Assembly (NCBI GenBank): GCA_965224465.1
Contig: OZ245049.1
Coordinates: 90,001-122,000, forward strand
Source: Flavobacteriaceae bacterium
GTDB taxonomy: Bacteria > Bacteroidota > Bacteroidia > Flavobacteriales > Flavobacteriaceae
Length of the DNA stretch: 32,000 bases
Direction: 5' to 3'
Part shown: positions 17,385 through 25,532 of the stretch, in pieces
Layout of the letters: every line of letters starts with the position of its first letter
Numbering within the stretch: the stretch's first letter is position 1
Program-made: the position numbers and the translations under genes
Notes under the pieces: model-generated
The model's input: only the letters and a program-made list of their open reading frames with translations
Told to the model about the DNA's origin: nothing
Database searches by the model: none

Positions 17385-18185
17385 TTACTCTACTTTAGGT
17401 TTCTTTATTGTACTTCCTTTTTTGATGGCTTTGTGGTTTTCATAACAAAGTAAGATTGCTTCTATTAATTGCAAATCACTTGCAGATTTTATAAAATAAT
17501 CGGAATAGTTACATTCGTTTAAAAGCTCGTTTAATTCTTGAGCGTTCATATTTAAATACTCCATCATTAATTCGCGATTAAATTTCCCTTCCATCATAGT
17601 ACGTAAATCATCTTGATCACGTAGTTTTTTAAGTTTTCTGAGACGTTTGGGATCTTTAGAGAACATATTGTAGACAAAATCTACAGGGTTAAACAGGGAA
17701 GAAATAGCCGATTTGTATGGAGTAGGTAGTCCAACTTCATATGTTTGTGAGAGTCCATTGATATGAATTCTTGCAAATTTGTCTACGGGGATGTTTTTAG
17801 CATCTATTTCTAGAACTCCCACTAATTTATGTGATCTAACAACAACTTCTTTCATTTCCACTCGCTTTTCATGCAAGGCAATTATTAGTTCGTTTCCTTT
17901 TAATAAATCGTTGGTGATTTTTAATTTGATAGATTGAAATCCTAAATATGATATATATAAGGTGTCATTTACTTTGGCTGGGAAACTAAAAACACCATTT
18001 TCATTACTTACAGCACCTTCTACAGTGTTTATATTAAATAAATTAGCCCCTTTTAGTCCTTTTTTTGTTTTAAAGTTGATGATTTGTCCTTTAAGAGAAA
18101 CAGTTTGTTGGAACCGAGTAATTTCTTGCGAAAACGATTGAAAACTAAGAACCAAAAAGAAGTATATTAATAATTTTTTTATCAT
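17385..18185 (-). CDS. Secreted carboxypeptidase-regulatory-like domain protein
   Basis: 266-aa ORF with a signal peptide and a CarboxypepD_reg-like segment LKGQIINFKTKKGLKGANL...GVFSFPAKVNDTLYISYLGFQ. Confidence 0.65.
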   Translation of the reverse strand: MIKKLLIYFFLVLSFQSFSQEITRFQQTVSLKGQIINFKTKKGLKGANLFNINTVEGAVSNENGVFSFPAKVNDTLYISYLGFQSIKLKITNDLLKGNELIIALHEKRVEMKEVVVRSHKLVGVLEIDAKNIPVDKFARIHINGLSQTYEVGLPTPYKSAISSLFNPVDFVYNMFSKDPKRLRKLKKLRDQDDLRTMMEGKFNRELMMEYLNMNAQELNELLNECNYSDYFIKSASDLQLIEAILLCYENHKAIKKGSTIKKPKVE

Positions 18186-18437
18186 GTTGTAAAACTAGCA
18201 ATTAATGTTAAATTAACAGTTAAAAAACTGTGAAAAGAGTAAATAAATAAATGTTTTTTGTTTTTGGGGTATTACCAATCTCCCCCTGTAAACAGGTATT
18301 TATGGTTTATATGGGTACTTCAAATGGGGCTTTTTCCCCTGCTCTTACTTCTTAAAATGTCTTAAATTTGCAGAGTAATTATTTAACCAATTATTATACG
18401 TATAAAAAGTCCTTTTTTTATGCGTAACAAGTACGAT

Positions 18438-18468
18438 AGGGATTTCACTTTATGTGAAGTCCCTTTTT
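18438..18468 (+). terminator. Orphan intrinsic terminator-like hairpin
   Basis: GGGATTTCAC-TTTAT-GTGAAGTCCC (10-bp stem, one G-U) followed by TTTTT. There is no ORF upstream on this strand. Confidence 0.5.
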
Positions 18469-18524
18469 AGAATTAAATAAATGTTGGGGAATTCGTTTTG
18501 GGAAAAGAAAATGTGTTTTAAAGG

Positions 18525-18562
18525 AATTCCCTCGATTTAATAGTATTATATTCGAGGGAATT
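18525..18562 (-). terminator. Relic terminator hairpin, paralogous to 19056-19087
   Basis: AATTCCCTCGA-TTTAATAGTATTATAT-TCGAGGGAATT. The stem core and 16-nt loop resemble those of the hmuY-like gene terminator. Confidence 0.5.
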
Positions 18563-18631
18563 ACATCAATAAAAAACATTCAAATTTACTCATAATTAAG
18601 AGCTAATAAATACTCGTAATAAGAGATGCAT

Positions 18632-18900
18632 CTAATGGATGTTTTTTCTGAGATAGTTTGGGAAGCCTAATTATATAGTTGCTATTACGAATCTTTCGAA
18701 GCCTTATCATTTTTAGAATAACTGTATCGTTTGTATACGTATTTGATTTCAACCAGTCTAACAGTTTGATTCTCTTTGTAATTACTGAATTAATACCCGT
18801 TTAATTTTGTTAAAGCCGCATCATTAGATGCTTAAATTGGTATGAGGTATTTGTATCGTGCTAATTGTGAAATTACTCTTGTTTTCTTTGTAAGTAGTGA
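18632..18900 (-). pseudogene. Decayed fragment of an HmuY-like gene (3' end)
   Basis: 18637-18723 aligns without gaps to 19179-19265 (3' end of the HmuY-like CDS), at about 65 of 87 identical positions by hand count. The matching frame carries several stop codons. Confidence 0.55.
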
Positions 18901-18905
18901 TAGTT

Positions 18906-18978
18906 ATACCAAATACATTTCCAAGTGACGGTTTAGAAATAAACTATTTATATAGGTCATTTTGGATTGTAATTGTAT
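18906..18978 (+). repeat. Internally deleted 73-bp derivative of the repeat family
   Basis: ATACCAAATACATTTCCAAGTGACGGTTTAGAAAT is joined directly to AAACTATTTATATAGGTCATTTTGGATTGTAATTGTAT. Both termini are kept and about 90 internal bp are missing. Confidence 0.85.
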
Positions 18979-19046
18979 GACTTGTCTTTTTATCATTTTA
19001 TATAGTCCTTGTCAATGGATAATTATAGGGGAGCTAAAATGAATTT

Positions 19047-19087
19047 AAAAGAAAATCCCTCGATTTAATACTATTAAATTCGAGGGA
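19047..19087 (-). terminator. Intrinsic terminator of the receptor/HmuY-like operon
   Basis: TCCCTCGA-16 nt-TCGAGGGA. On the minus strand it is followed by TTTTCTTTT (plus-strand AAAAGAAAA at 19047-19055). Confidence 0.65.
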
Positions 19088-19172
19088 CTAACACTAACAA
19101 AAATAATCAAAATTTTCTGTAACTATGAATTGATAATTTTCCATAATTAGGTATTCATTGTTTTTTTAGGTA

Positions 19173-20123
19173 CTAGAAGGATGTTTCTCCTGAGATAGGT
19201 TGGTATACATAATTGAATGTGTAATATTGTGAACCTTCCGAAGCTATATTATTTTTATAATAACTTAAGATTTCCATTTTTGCATAATTTCCATCAGCTG
19301 TTTTTATAACAATAATTTTTCCAGCGATTGGAGAAATAACATGGTTAGATGGGTTGTAATTGTACCATCCATTTCCTGAACCAGTAGTAATAGCTAGTCC
19401 GTCTTTTTTATCATCTTGCTTCAATTTTCCAGTTTCTACCTTCGTAATCTCATTCATGGTTCCTGTAGTAATATATGCTCCCGATTTTCCAGATCTAGCA
19501 GGTTGATCTTCTAAAGTAGCACTACCGCCATTTACTAATATACTGGTTCCTCTAAATGCAATGTCCCAGTCGTTTCCTTCTGTAATTGCACCTTTTTTAA
19601 AGGAAAATTTAATGTACTCTCCTGTTACACTAGGAGGGTTGGTTGTATAATCCGAAGATTGTTTAGCATATAAGTTTTTAATCTTTCCGCTTATAGGAAG
19701 GTCTTTTTTATAAAGGTTCCACCCGTAATTTTTTGTGTCATCTGCAGCAGGAAATTTCTCTTTTTTACCAGCCTCTAGTGTGGCTACTTGTTTTTTGTAA
19801 ATATTAACTTCCTTTTCTGAATAGTCTTTGAAGAACAATACATAATAGGCATTATTGCTTTCGCGGTATCCAACCCAACGTTTGTCAGATTCTGAGTAGT
19901 ATTTTTTGATAATATCATAGGATGTATTAGCAAATACTCCTTTCAAATGGTATGTTATTTTGTCTTGTGATATTGTATAAGTAGCTCTCTGAGAAATGTT
20001 TTCAACTTCAAAATTTCTACTGAAAGATCCTTCATTTAGGGCGTCTTCTGACTTGTCACTTTTTGTACATGATGTCATAGCTATTAATGCGACAAAGAGG
20101 GCTAAAAATTTAATTGTTTTCAT
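19173..20123 (-). CDS. HmuY-like lipoprotein
   Basis: 316-aa ORF with lipobox AMTSC. The C-terminal half has HmuY-family character (WDIAFRGTSILVNGG, GWYNY, IIVIKTADGNYAKMEILSYY). It lies 22 nt downstream of a TonB-dependent receptor. Confidence 0.7.
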   Translation of the reverse strand: MKTIKFLALFVALIAMTSCTKSDKSEDALNEGSFSRNFEVENISQRATYTISQDKITYHLKGVFANTSYDIIKKYYSESDKRWVGYRESNNAYYVLFFKDYSEKEVNIYKKQVATLEAGKKEKFPAADDTKNYGWNLYKKDLPISGKIKNLYAKQSSDYTTNPPSVTGEYIKFSFKKGAITEGNDWDIAFRGTSILVNGGSATLEDQPARSGKSGAYITTGTMNEITKVETGKLKQDDKKDGLAITTGSGNGWYNYNPSNHVISPIAGKIIVIKTADGNYAKMEILSYYKNNIASEGSQYYTFNYVYQPISGETSF

Positions 20124-20145
20124 AAGTTTCTGTATGTTTATTATG

Positions 20146-22263
20146 TTATAAGTGAATGTTTATTATGCTATAAATGATACGTCCAGCAATATTACTGATG
20201 TCTTTAGGTTTGGTAAAATCAAAAACGTTATCTATACCAAATCCAATGTTTATATGCTGTCCTATTTTTTTGTTTACAGCCCAATTACAAAGGCTATAAC
20301 CCGCAATAAAATCATCATATTTGTCTAAGTATTTATTTGAATTATTATTGTTTAGTTTGTCTGAAGTATCGTCGTATTGTCCGTATAGCCCATATTTACT
20401 TCTGAAGGAGACTCGAATGTTTGTGTCTAAATTCCAAGCGGGATATTCGTAAAACACCTTAAAATTAAACATGTGCTTAGACCTGTTGTACAAGCCTACA
20501 TAATCTGTTTTTTTAAGAGGAAATGATTCTAAGGTATTTGGGTTACGTCCAAAAACTTTTCCTTCTTTAAATTTTTCTACTGCTTCACTATCTTTAGCGT
20601 ATAGCAATTGATAGCCAGCTGCAATTTTTAATTGATTGTAGGGTTTAAACGTGACATTAAATTCGAGACCTGTTGTAATAACTCTATTTATATTCTGATA
20701 ACTAAAAACATTTTGACTATTGGTTTTAGTTGCGATTACTTTGGTGTCTATTAGGTCTTTAATTTTATTCCTAAAAAAGTTGGCTTCTATAGCTACCTCA
20801 GAACAAGGTTTGTAATGCATGCCTATATTAATACTTACAGAACTTTCAGGTTTTAATGCAGCATTAAAGTTTTCTAAAGGAACTCTGAGGGATTCAATAA
20901 GTCCTAAGGCTTGCATAATTGGAATTTGTTTTTTTACGGCATTGTAACCTAATACAGTATATCCTACAGTTGAATTGGTAAAGTCAAAATACAATTGTCT
21001 AAAATCAGGTGCTTTAAAGCCGTATCCGATAGAACTTTTTAAAGAGAGCTGGGGTACTATTTTATATCTCAAAGCTAATTTGGGGCTAAATTGAGATTTG
21101 TATTCGGTGTGATAATCATATCTTGAACCTAAAATGACATTCCATTTTTTATGGTAGTTTACATCCCATTGAACATAAACATAAGGCGAATTAAATTGGG
21201 GGTTTTTAGAGAAATCTGTACGTTCGAGGGTTCTGTAATTTGTTCCAAATCCAGCGATGAATGTTTGATTTTTTTGTGGGGTGTATAAAAGCCTAAAAGC
21301 GGGTTTTAAGAGCGTTTCGTTGTAACTATTTTTAGAATATAAACTACCATCGCTATTGTCTAATTGTTCCGTCGCCTTGTAATTAGTTCCATAGACATCT
21401 AAATATCCTTTCCAGTTAGGGCTAAAGGTGTGATTCAGTTTTATCTGAGAATTCCATTCATTAATTTTTCCAGTTCCAGCGATGGTTTTTGTCGCAATAT
21501 AGTCTTGGTCTTGTCTAAAAAAACGACCCGAAACAAGCAGACTTGTGTTTTTACTAAAATTGTATGCTACTTTAGTGTTAAAGGTATAATTGCTATAAGG
21601 GTCTACTGTTTTTAACTCTTTTTCTGGAATAAGGTCATAACCATCTGTACTATATCTATTTGCAAAAGCACTAATGCTCAGTTGCTCTTTTTTATAATCA
21701 ATGTTTAGATTGGCATCTTGCGTATTGTTTGTGGCGTAATTATAATTAGCAGTGGCTTTAATTCCTTCTGTAGGAGTTGCTGTAATAATATTAATCACTC
21801 CACCCAGTGCTTCGGATCCGTATAAGCTAGAGGATGCACCTTTGACGACCTCAATTTGCTTGATGTTTCCTAGAGCAATCCTACTCAGGTCTAGCGTTCC
21901 CGCAGAGCGCCCAATTAGTGGAACACCGTCTATTAAGATTAAGGTATACTGAGCATCCATACCTTGGAGTTGTATTCCTTCGCCTCCTCCAAAATCAGGA
22001 ATGGTAATCAGTCCGGTTTGTTCATTCAATAGTTTATTCAAACGCGTAGTGTGACTTTTTTTTATTTCTTTTTTACCTATTAGTAATACGGGTAATGGAA
22101 GTGAAGACACCTGTCTATTTGTTCTTGTAGCTGTTATTACGACAGCTTCTAATGTTGTAGTATCTGTACTGTCTTTTTTTGTGGGTTCAATTTTAGATTC
22201 ACTGGATTGTGCTGTCAAAAAGTTGACAGTAAATAGTAGCAATAGGGTATATAGGTGCCTCAT
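20146..22263 (-). CDS. TonB-dependent outer-membrane receptor
   Basis: 705-aa ORF with a signal peptide, plug domain (VVITATRT, GIQLQGMDAQYTLILIDGVP, SSLYGSEALGGVINIIT) and a beta-barrel. Confidence 0.9.
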   Translation of the reverse strand: MRHLYTLLLLFTVNFLTAQSSESKIEPTKKDSTDTTTLEAVVITATRTNRQVSSLPLPVLLIGKKEIKKSHTTRLNKLLNEQTGLITIPDFGGGEGIQLQGMDAQYTLILIDGVPLIGRSAGTLDLSRIALGNIKQIEVVKGASSSLYGSEALGGVINIITATPTEGIKATANYNYATNNTQDANLNIDYKKEQLSISAFANRYSTDGYDLIPEKELKTVDPYSNYTFNTKVAYNFSKNTSLLVSGRFFRQDQDYIATKTIAGTGKINEWNSQIKLNHTFSPNWKGYLDVYGTNYKATEQLDNSDGSLYSKNSYNETLLKPAFRLLYTPQKNQTFIAGFGTNYRTLERTDFSKNPQFNSPYVYVQWDVNYHKKWNVILGSRYDYHTEYKSQFSPKLALRYKIVPQLSLKSSIGYGFKAPDFRQLYFDFTNSTVGYTVLGYNAVKKQIPIMQALGLIESLRVPLENFNAALKPESSVSINIGMHYKPCSEVAIEANFFRNKIKDLIDTKVIATKTNSQNVFSYQNINRVITTGLEFNVTFKPYNQLKIAAGYQLLYAKDSEAVEKFKEGKVFGRNPNTLESFPLKKTDYVGLYNRSKHMFNFKVFYEYPAWNLDTNIRVSFRSKYGLYGQYDDTSDKLNNNNSNKYLDKYDDFIAGYSLCNWAVNKKIGQHINIGFGIDNVFDFTKPKDISNIAGRIIYSIINIHL

Positions 22264-22299
22264 AGTTTATAATTAATCTAAATAAAGGTAATTACAGTG

Positions 22300-22348
22300 C
22301 AAATATATCATTAATTTTAATTTAGATTGGTTTAATATAATATATTTG
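22300..22348. promoter_or_regulatory. Divergent promoter region with two back-to-back -7 boxes
   Basis: CAAATATA at 22300-22307 reads TATATTTG on the minus strand, 36 nt before the receptor start. TATATTTG at 22341-22348 is on the plus strand, 32 nt before the chelatase-like gene start. Confidence 0.5.
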
Positions 22349-22380
22349 TAAAAATATTTATAACTATAATTTTATATCAA

Positions 22381-23289
22381 ATGAAAACATTCAAAATCTC
22401 TTTATTATTAATATGTGCTACCTTATTTGTGGCATGTGGAACCTCTACGGGAGAAAAGAAAAATACGTCTAGCCCAGAAAAAAAAATAGGTATTCTTTTG
22501 GTAAACCATGGATCGGTTGCTAAATCTTGGAGGCAAATGCTCTTAGATGTTGAAGATGACGTTAAAGAAACATTGTTGTCAAATCCTAAGATAAGTAAAG
22601 TTTCGACTGCTTTTATGGAATACACAGAGCCGTCTATTGCTACACGTATGAAGGAGTTTGATGCAGAGGGCTATGATGAAGTGGTTGTAATTCCAATATT
22701 TTTAACAGTAAGTTCACATTACAGTCATGATATTCCAGTAATTTTAGGTGTAAGTGCAGATCCTAAAGCCAAAGACTATATGATAGGGAAAGAGAAAATT
22801 GAAGTTTATAAAGCAAAAGCTAGAGTAACGATAACACCTCCTTTGGATTATTCTACGATCCTTAAAAAGAATGTAGAACGTCGCGTAAAAGCATTGAGTA
22901 AAAACCCTGAAAATGAAGGAGTTTTATTAGTTGCTTATGGGGATGCTAAATACAACCAACAATGGGAAGAAATGGTGGATGAAATAGGTAAGTATTTAAA
23001 AATTAAGACAGGACATGAAAGTATTGCTTATTCATGGTGTGGTCATTTGGTAGGTTATTCTCCAGAACCTACAGTGAAGGGAATTGAGCAGTTACAAAAA
23101 TTGGAAGATAATGTTATTGTAATCCCTGTTTTAGTAGCGAATGATCCTTATTTTCAAGAAAAAATAATACAAACTGCAGTGGATCAAATGAAAGGAAATG
23201 TATTGTATGTACAAGATGCTATTTTACCAGATGCTAATCTAAACAAATGGGTGATTGATATTGCCAATAATACAGTAGAAGGATTATAG
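22381..23289 (+). CDS. Exported class II chelatase-like lipoprotein (CbiX/CbiK/SirB type)
   Basis: 302-aa ORF with lipobox FVAC. Two chelatase-like halves: ILLVNHGS...VIPIFLTVSSHYSHDIP and VLLVAYGD...VIPVLVAND. Confidence 0.7.
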   Translation: MKTFKISLLLICATLFVACGTSTGEKKNTSSPEKKIGILLVNHGSVAKSWRQMLLDVEDDVKETLLSNPKISKVSTAFMEYTEPSIATRMKEFDAEGYDEVVVIPIFLTVSSHYSHDIPVILGVSADPKAKDYMIGKEKIEVYKAKARVTITPPLDYSTILKKNVERRVKALSKNPENEGVLLVAYGDAKYNQQWEEMVDEIGKYLKIKTGHESIAYSWCGHLVGYSPEPTVKGIEQLQKLEDNVIVIPVLVANDPYFQEKIIQTAVDQMKGNVLYVQDAILPDANLNKWVIDIANNTVEGL

Positions 23290-23290
23290 T

Positions 23291-24703
23291 ATGAATAAGG
23301 TTTTACTTTTTGCAAAAGAAGAACAATATAAAATGATAGCAACTACAATTGTTGCTGTCATTTTTCTTTATTTTTGGCTCAATGGTCCTTTGTTGCGCGG
23401 TGTAGAAATACTGAGTCTTGAAACTATTGAAACAAAATTTTCTATGCCTGTTTTGGTTGGGGCTGATGGGGTTGATAACAAAAGTACCCTGTCTACTTTT
23501 CATACCATAAATTTACAGGAAGAAGTTGGTTTTGGTTATGGATTACTTTTCTTAAAAAATCAACGCCCTAAATATTATGGACTCATTGCGGATGTAGAAA
23601 ATAATCCAGGCTTATCACTGGAATTGGGAACGAAACTCTTAGAGCATGCGTTGCAATTTTGTATGCCATCTGAAACGGTAACATTGCATCCTTCAACCAG
23701 TATGTATTATGTAAAAATAGTAGATACTTTGAGTGGAGCAACGCGTATTTATTTAGAAAGCACTGATATTGTCCACAATATTAGAGGCTACGCTGGGACT
23801 ATAAATATGGGAGTTTTTATCAACGATAAGGGAACTATTACTGCAGTAGAACATATTTCATCCAAAGAAACCCAAAGTTATTTAGCGACTATAAAACGTA
23901 CGGGGTTCTATGAGCAATTCGGAAATGTTAACATTAAAAACGGGGCGCATAAATTGGATGCAGTTTCTGGGGCTACGTTGAGTTCAGAAGCAATGGCAAG
24001 TACTGTTTCTGCGTTAATAACACAAGGGATTCCGTATCCTATATCAAATTATGCAGACATCAACCAAGTGAATGCTTTTAGTTTAGCAGCCTTGCTGAAC
24101 AATACTTGGATCATTCATATTTTGGTGATATTTCTAATGTTTGTATTTGCGATGCAGAGAAAGGTTAAAAAGACAAAAAAATCGGTATTAATTTTAAACG
24201 TACTATCAGTTATTTATATTGGATTTTTCCTAAACAATTCATTTACGTACATTTCATTTTTACATCCTTTTGTAGGAACTTCTGTCTCTTCTTTTGTTGG
24301 TTTATATGCGTTGTTTGTGTTGCTAGGAGCTATTTGGGGGAGAAATACATATTGTAAATATGTCTGTCCTTTTGGAAATGTTCAACGTCTAATTATGAAA
24401 TTTGGACCTAAAAATGCGCGTAGGAAATTCTTTATCCCCAATGCTTGGATTTATAAAATTAGAATGACTATTGCCATTGTTTTAATAACAGGGGTATTGT
24501 TAGGGCTTCGGAACTGGAGTAATTTTGAATTATTTCCTGATTTGTTTGGTTGGGCAACGATAGGTGTTTGGTTTGTTGTGGCATTATGTACAGTAGGACT
24601 TACCTTGGTTTATCCTATGATTTGGTGCAGATTACTCTGTCCAACAGGTGCATTACTAGATGGAATTACAGACGTGGTAAAATTTAGATTCAAGCGGAGC
24701 TAA
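23291..24703 (+). CDS. FMN_bind-domain / NapH-NosR-like polyferredoxin membrane protein
   Basis: 470-aa ORF. Has flavinylation-type motifs DTLSGAT and DAVSGAT, then TM helices with two CX3CP motifs (CKYVCPFG, CRLLCPTG). Starts 1 nt after the upstream stop. Confidence 0.75.
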   Translation: MNKVLLFAKEEQYKMIATTIVAVIFLYFWLNGPLLRGVEILSLETIETKFSMPVLVGADGVDNKSTLSTFHTINLQEEVGFGYGLLFLKNQRPKYYGLIADVENNPGLSLELGTKLLEHALQFCMPSETVTLHPSTSMYYVKIVDTLSGATRIYLESTDIVHNIRGYAGTINMGVFINDKGTITAVEHISSKETQSYLATIKRTGFYEQFGNVNIKNGAHKLDAVSGATLSSEAMASTVSALITQGIPYPISNYADINQVNAFSLAALLNNTWIIHILVIFLMFVFAMQRKVKKTKKSVLILNVLSVIYIGFFLNNSFTYISFLHPFVGTSVSSFVGLYALFVLLGAIWGRNTYCKYVCPFGNVQRLIMKFGPKNARRKFFIPNAWIYKIRMTIAIVLITGVLLGLRNWSNFELFPDLFGWATIGVWFVVALCTVGLTLVYPMIWCRLLCPTGALLDGITDVVKFRFKRS

Positions 24704-24757
24704 CTGCATGCATGTAAAATTGCTGTTTTAATTTATGTTTTTAAAAGTTATATATCG

Positions 24758-25426
24758 ATGAAACCTATCGTATCTATTGAAGAACTAGAAAAATTAGAAA
24801 ACCAATTGCGTTGTCCTCAAGGGGAAGATGGAATTGTGATTGCTCAGCAAATGAATACAAGTAATATGGGCATGACAAAAACAACGATCAAAGCCCTCCG
24901 TTTAGAGGTGAATAATACTGTTTTGGAAATTGGTCATGGAAACTGTGGACATTTGTCTGTATTGCTTTCCAATGCTAAAAACCTACAATATACAGGTTTG
25001 GAGATTTCTGAAACTATGCAACAAGAAGCACGTTCTTTAAATAAGGAGTTGCTAAAGAGACATCCTATTGATTTTTTAATTTATAATGGGGTGGAATTTC
25101 CATTTAAAGAGGAGTGTTTTGATCGTATAATGTCAGTTAATACAGTGTATTTTTGGGAGGATCCTTTACTGTTTTTAACTGAAATTTATCGGGTTCTAAA
25201 ACCTGGAGGTCTTTTTGTACTAACGTTTGCGCAAAAAGAGTTTATGAAGACCTTGCCTTTTGTGAGGGATAAATTTCGAACCTATGATTGTGATGACCTG
25301 AAAGAGATATTAGTAGATACAGATTTTATATTTGTTAGTGCAACGGATACAACAGACACTGTAAAAAGTAAATCGGGTAGCATGGTAGCACGTACCTATA
25401 CGGTTATGAGTTTATGCCGTTCTTAG
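24758..25426 (+). CDS. Class I SAM-dependent methyltransferase
   Basis: 222-aa ORF with motif I-like VLEIGHGNCG and post-I/II elements (RIMSVNTVYFW, LKPGGLFVLTF). Confidence 0.7.
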   Translation: MKPIVSIEELEKLENQLRCPQGEDGIVIAQQMNTSNMGMTKTTIKALRLEVNNTVLEIGHGNCGHLSVLLSNAKNLQYTGLEISETMQQEARSLNKELLKRHPIDFLIYNGVEFPFKEECFDRIMSVNTVYFWEDPLLFLTEIYRVLKPGGLFVLTFAQKEFMKTLPFVRDKFRTYDCDDLKEILVDTDFIFVSATDTTDTVKSKSGSMVARTYTVMSLCRS

Positions 25427-25494
25427 ATTTACTTCCTAGGATAATAAAAAAATAATACTGTTTTTAAATAGTTATGTAGAAACATATTTGGTAG

Positions 25495-25530
25495 AATAGG
25501 TGCTGTTTTGTTCAGCACCTATTATTTTTA
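25495..25530 (+). terminator. Intrinsic terminator between convergent methyltransferase and ATPase genes
   Basis: AATAGGTGCTG-TTTTGTT-CAGCACCTATT followed by ATTTTT. Confidence 0.7.
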
Positions 25531-25532
25531 GA

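Noticed and set aside
22264-22380. Cobalamin riboswitch or Fur box controlling the receptor operon.
   Set aside because: The 117-bp region is too short for a cobalamin riboswitch, and I saw no B12-box-like GC-rich core. AT-rich partial matches to a Fur box are not distinguishable from background by eye.
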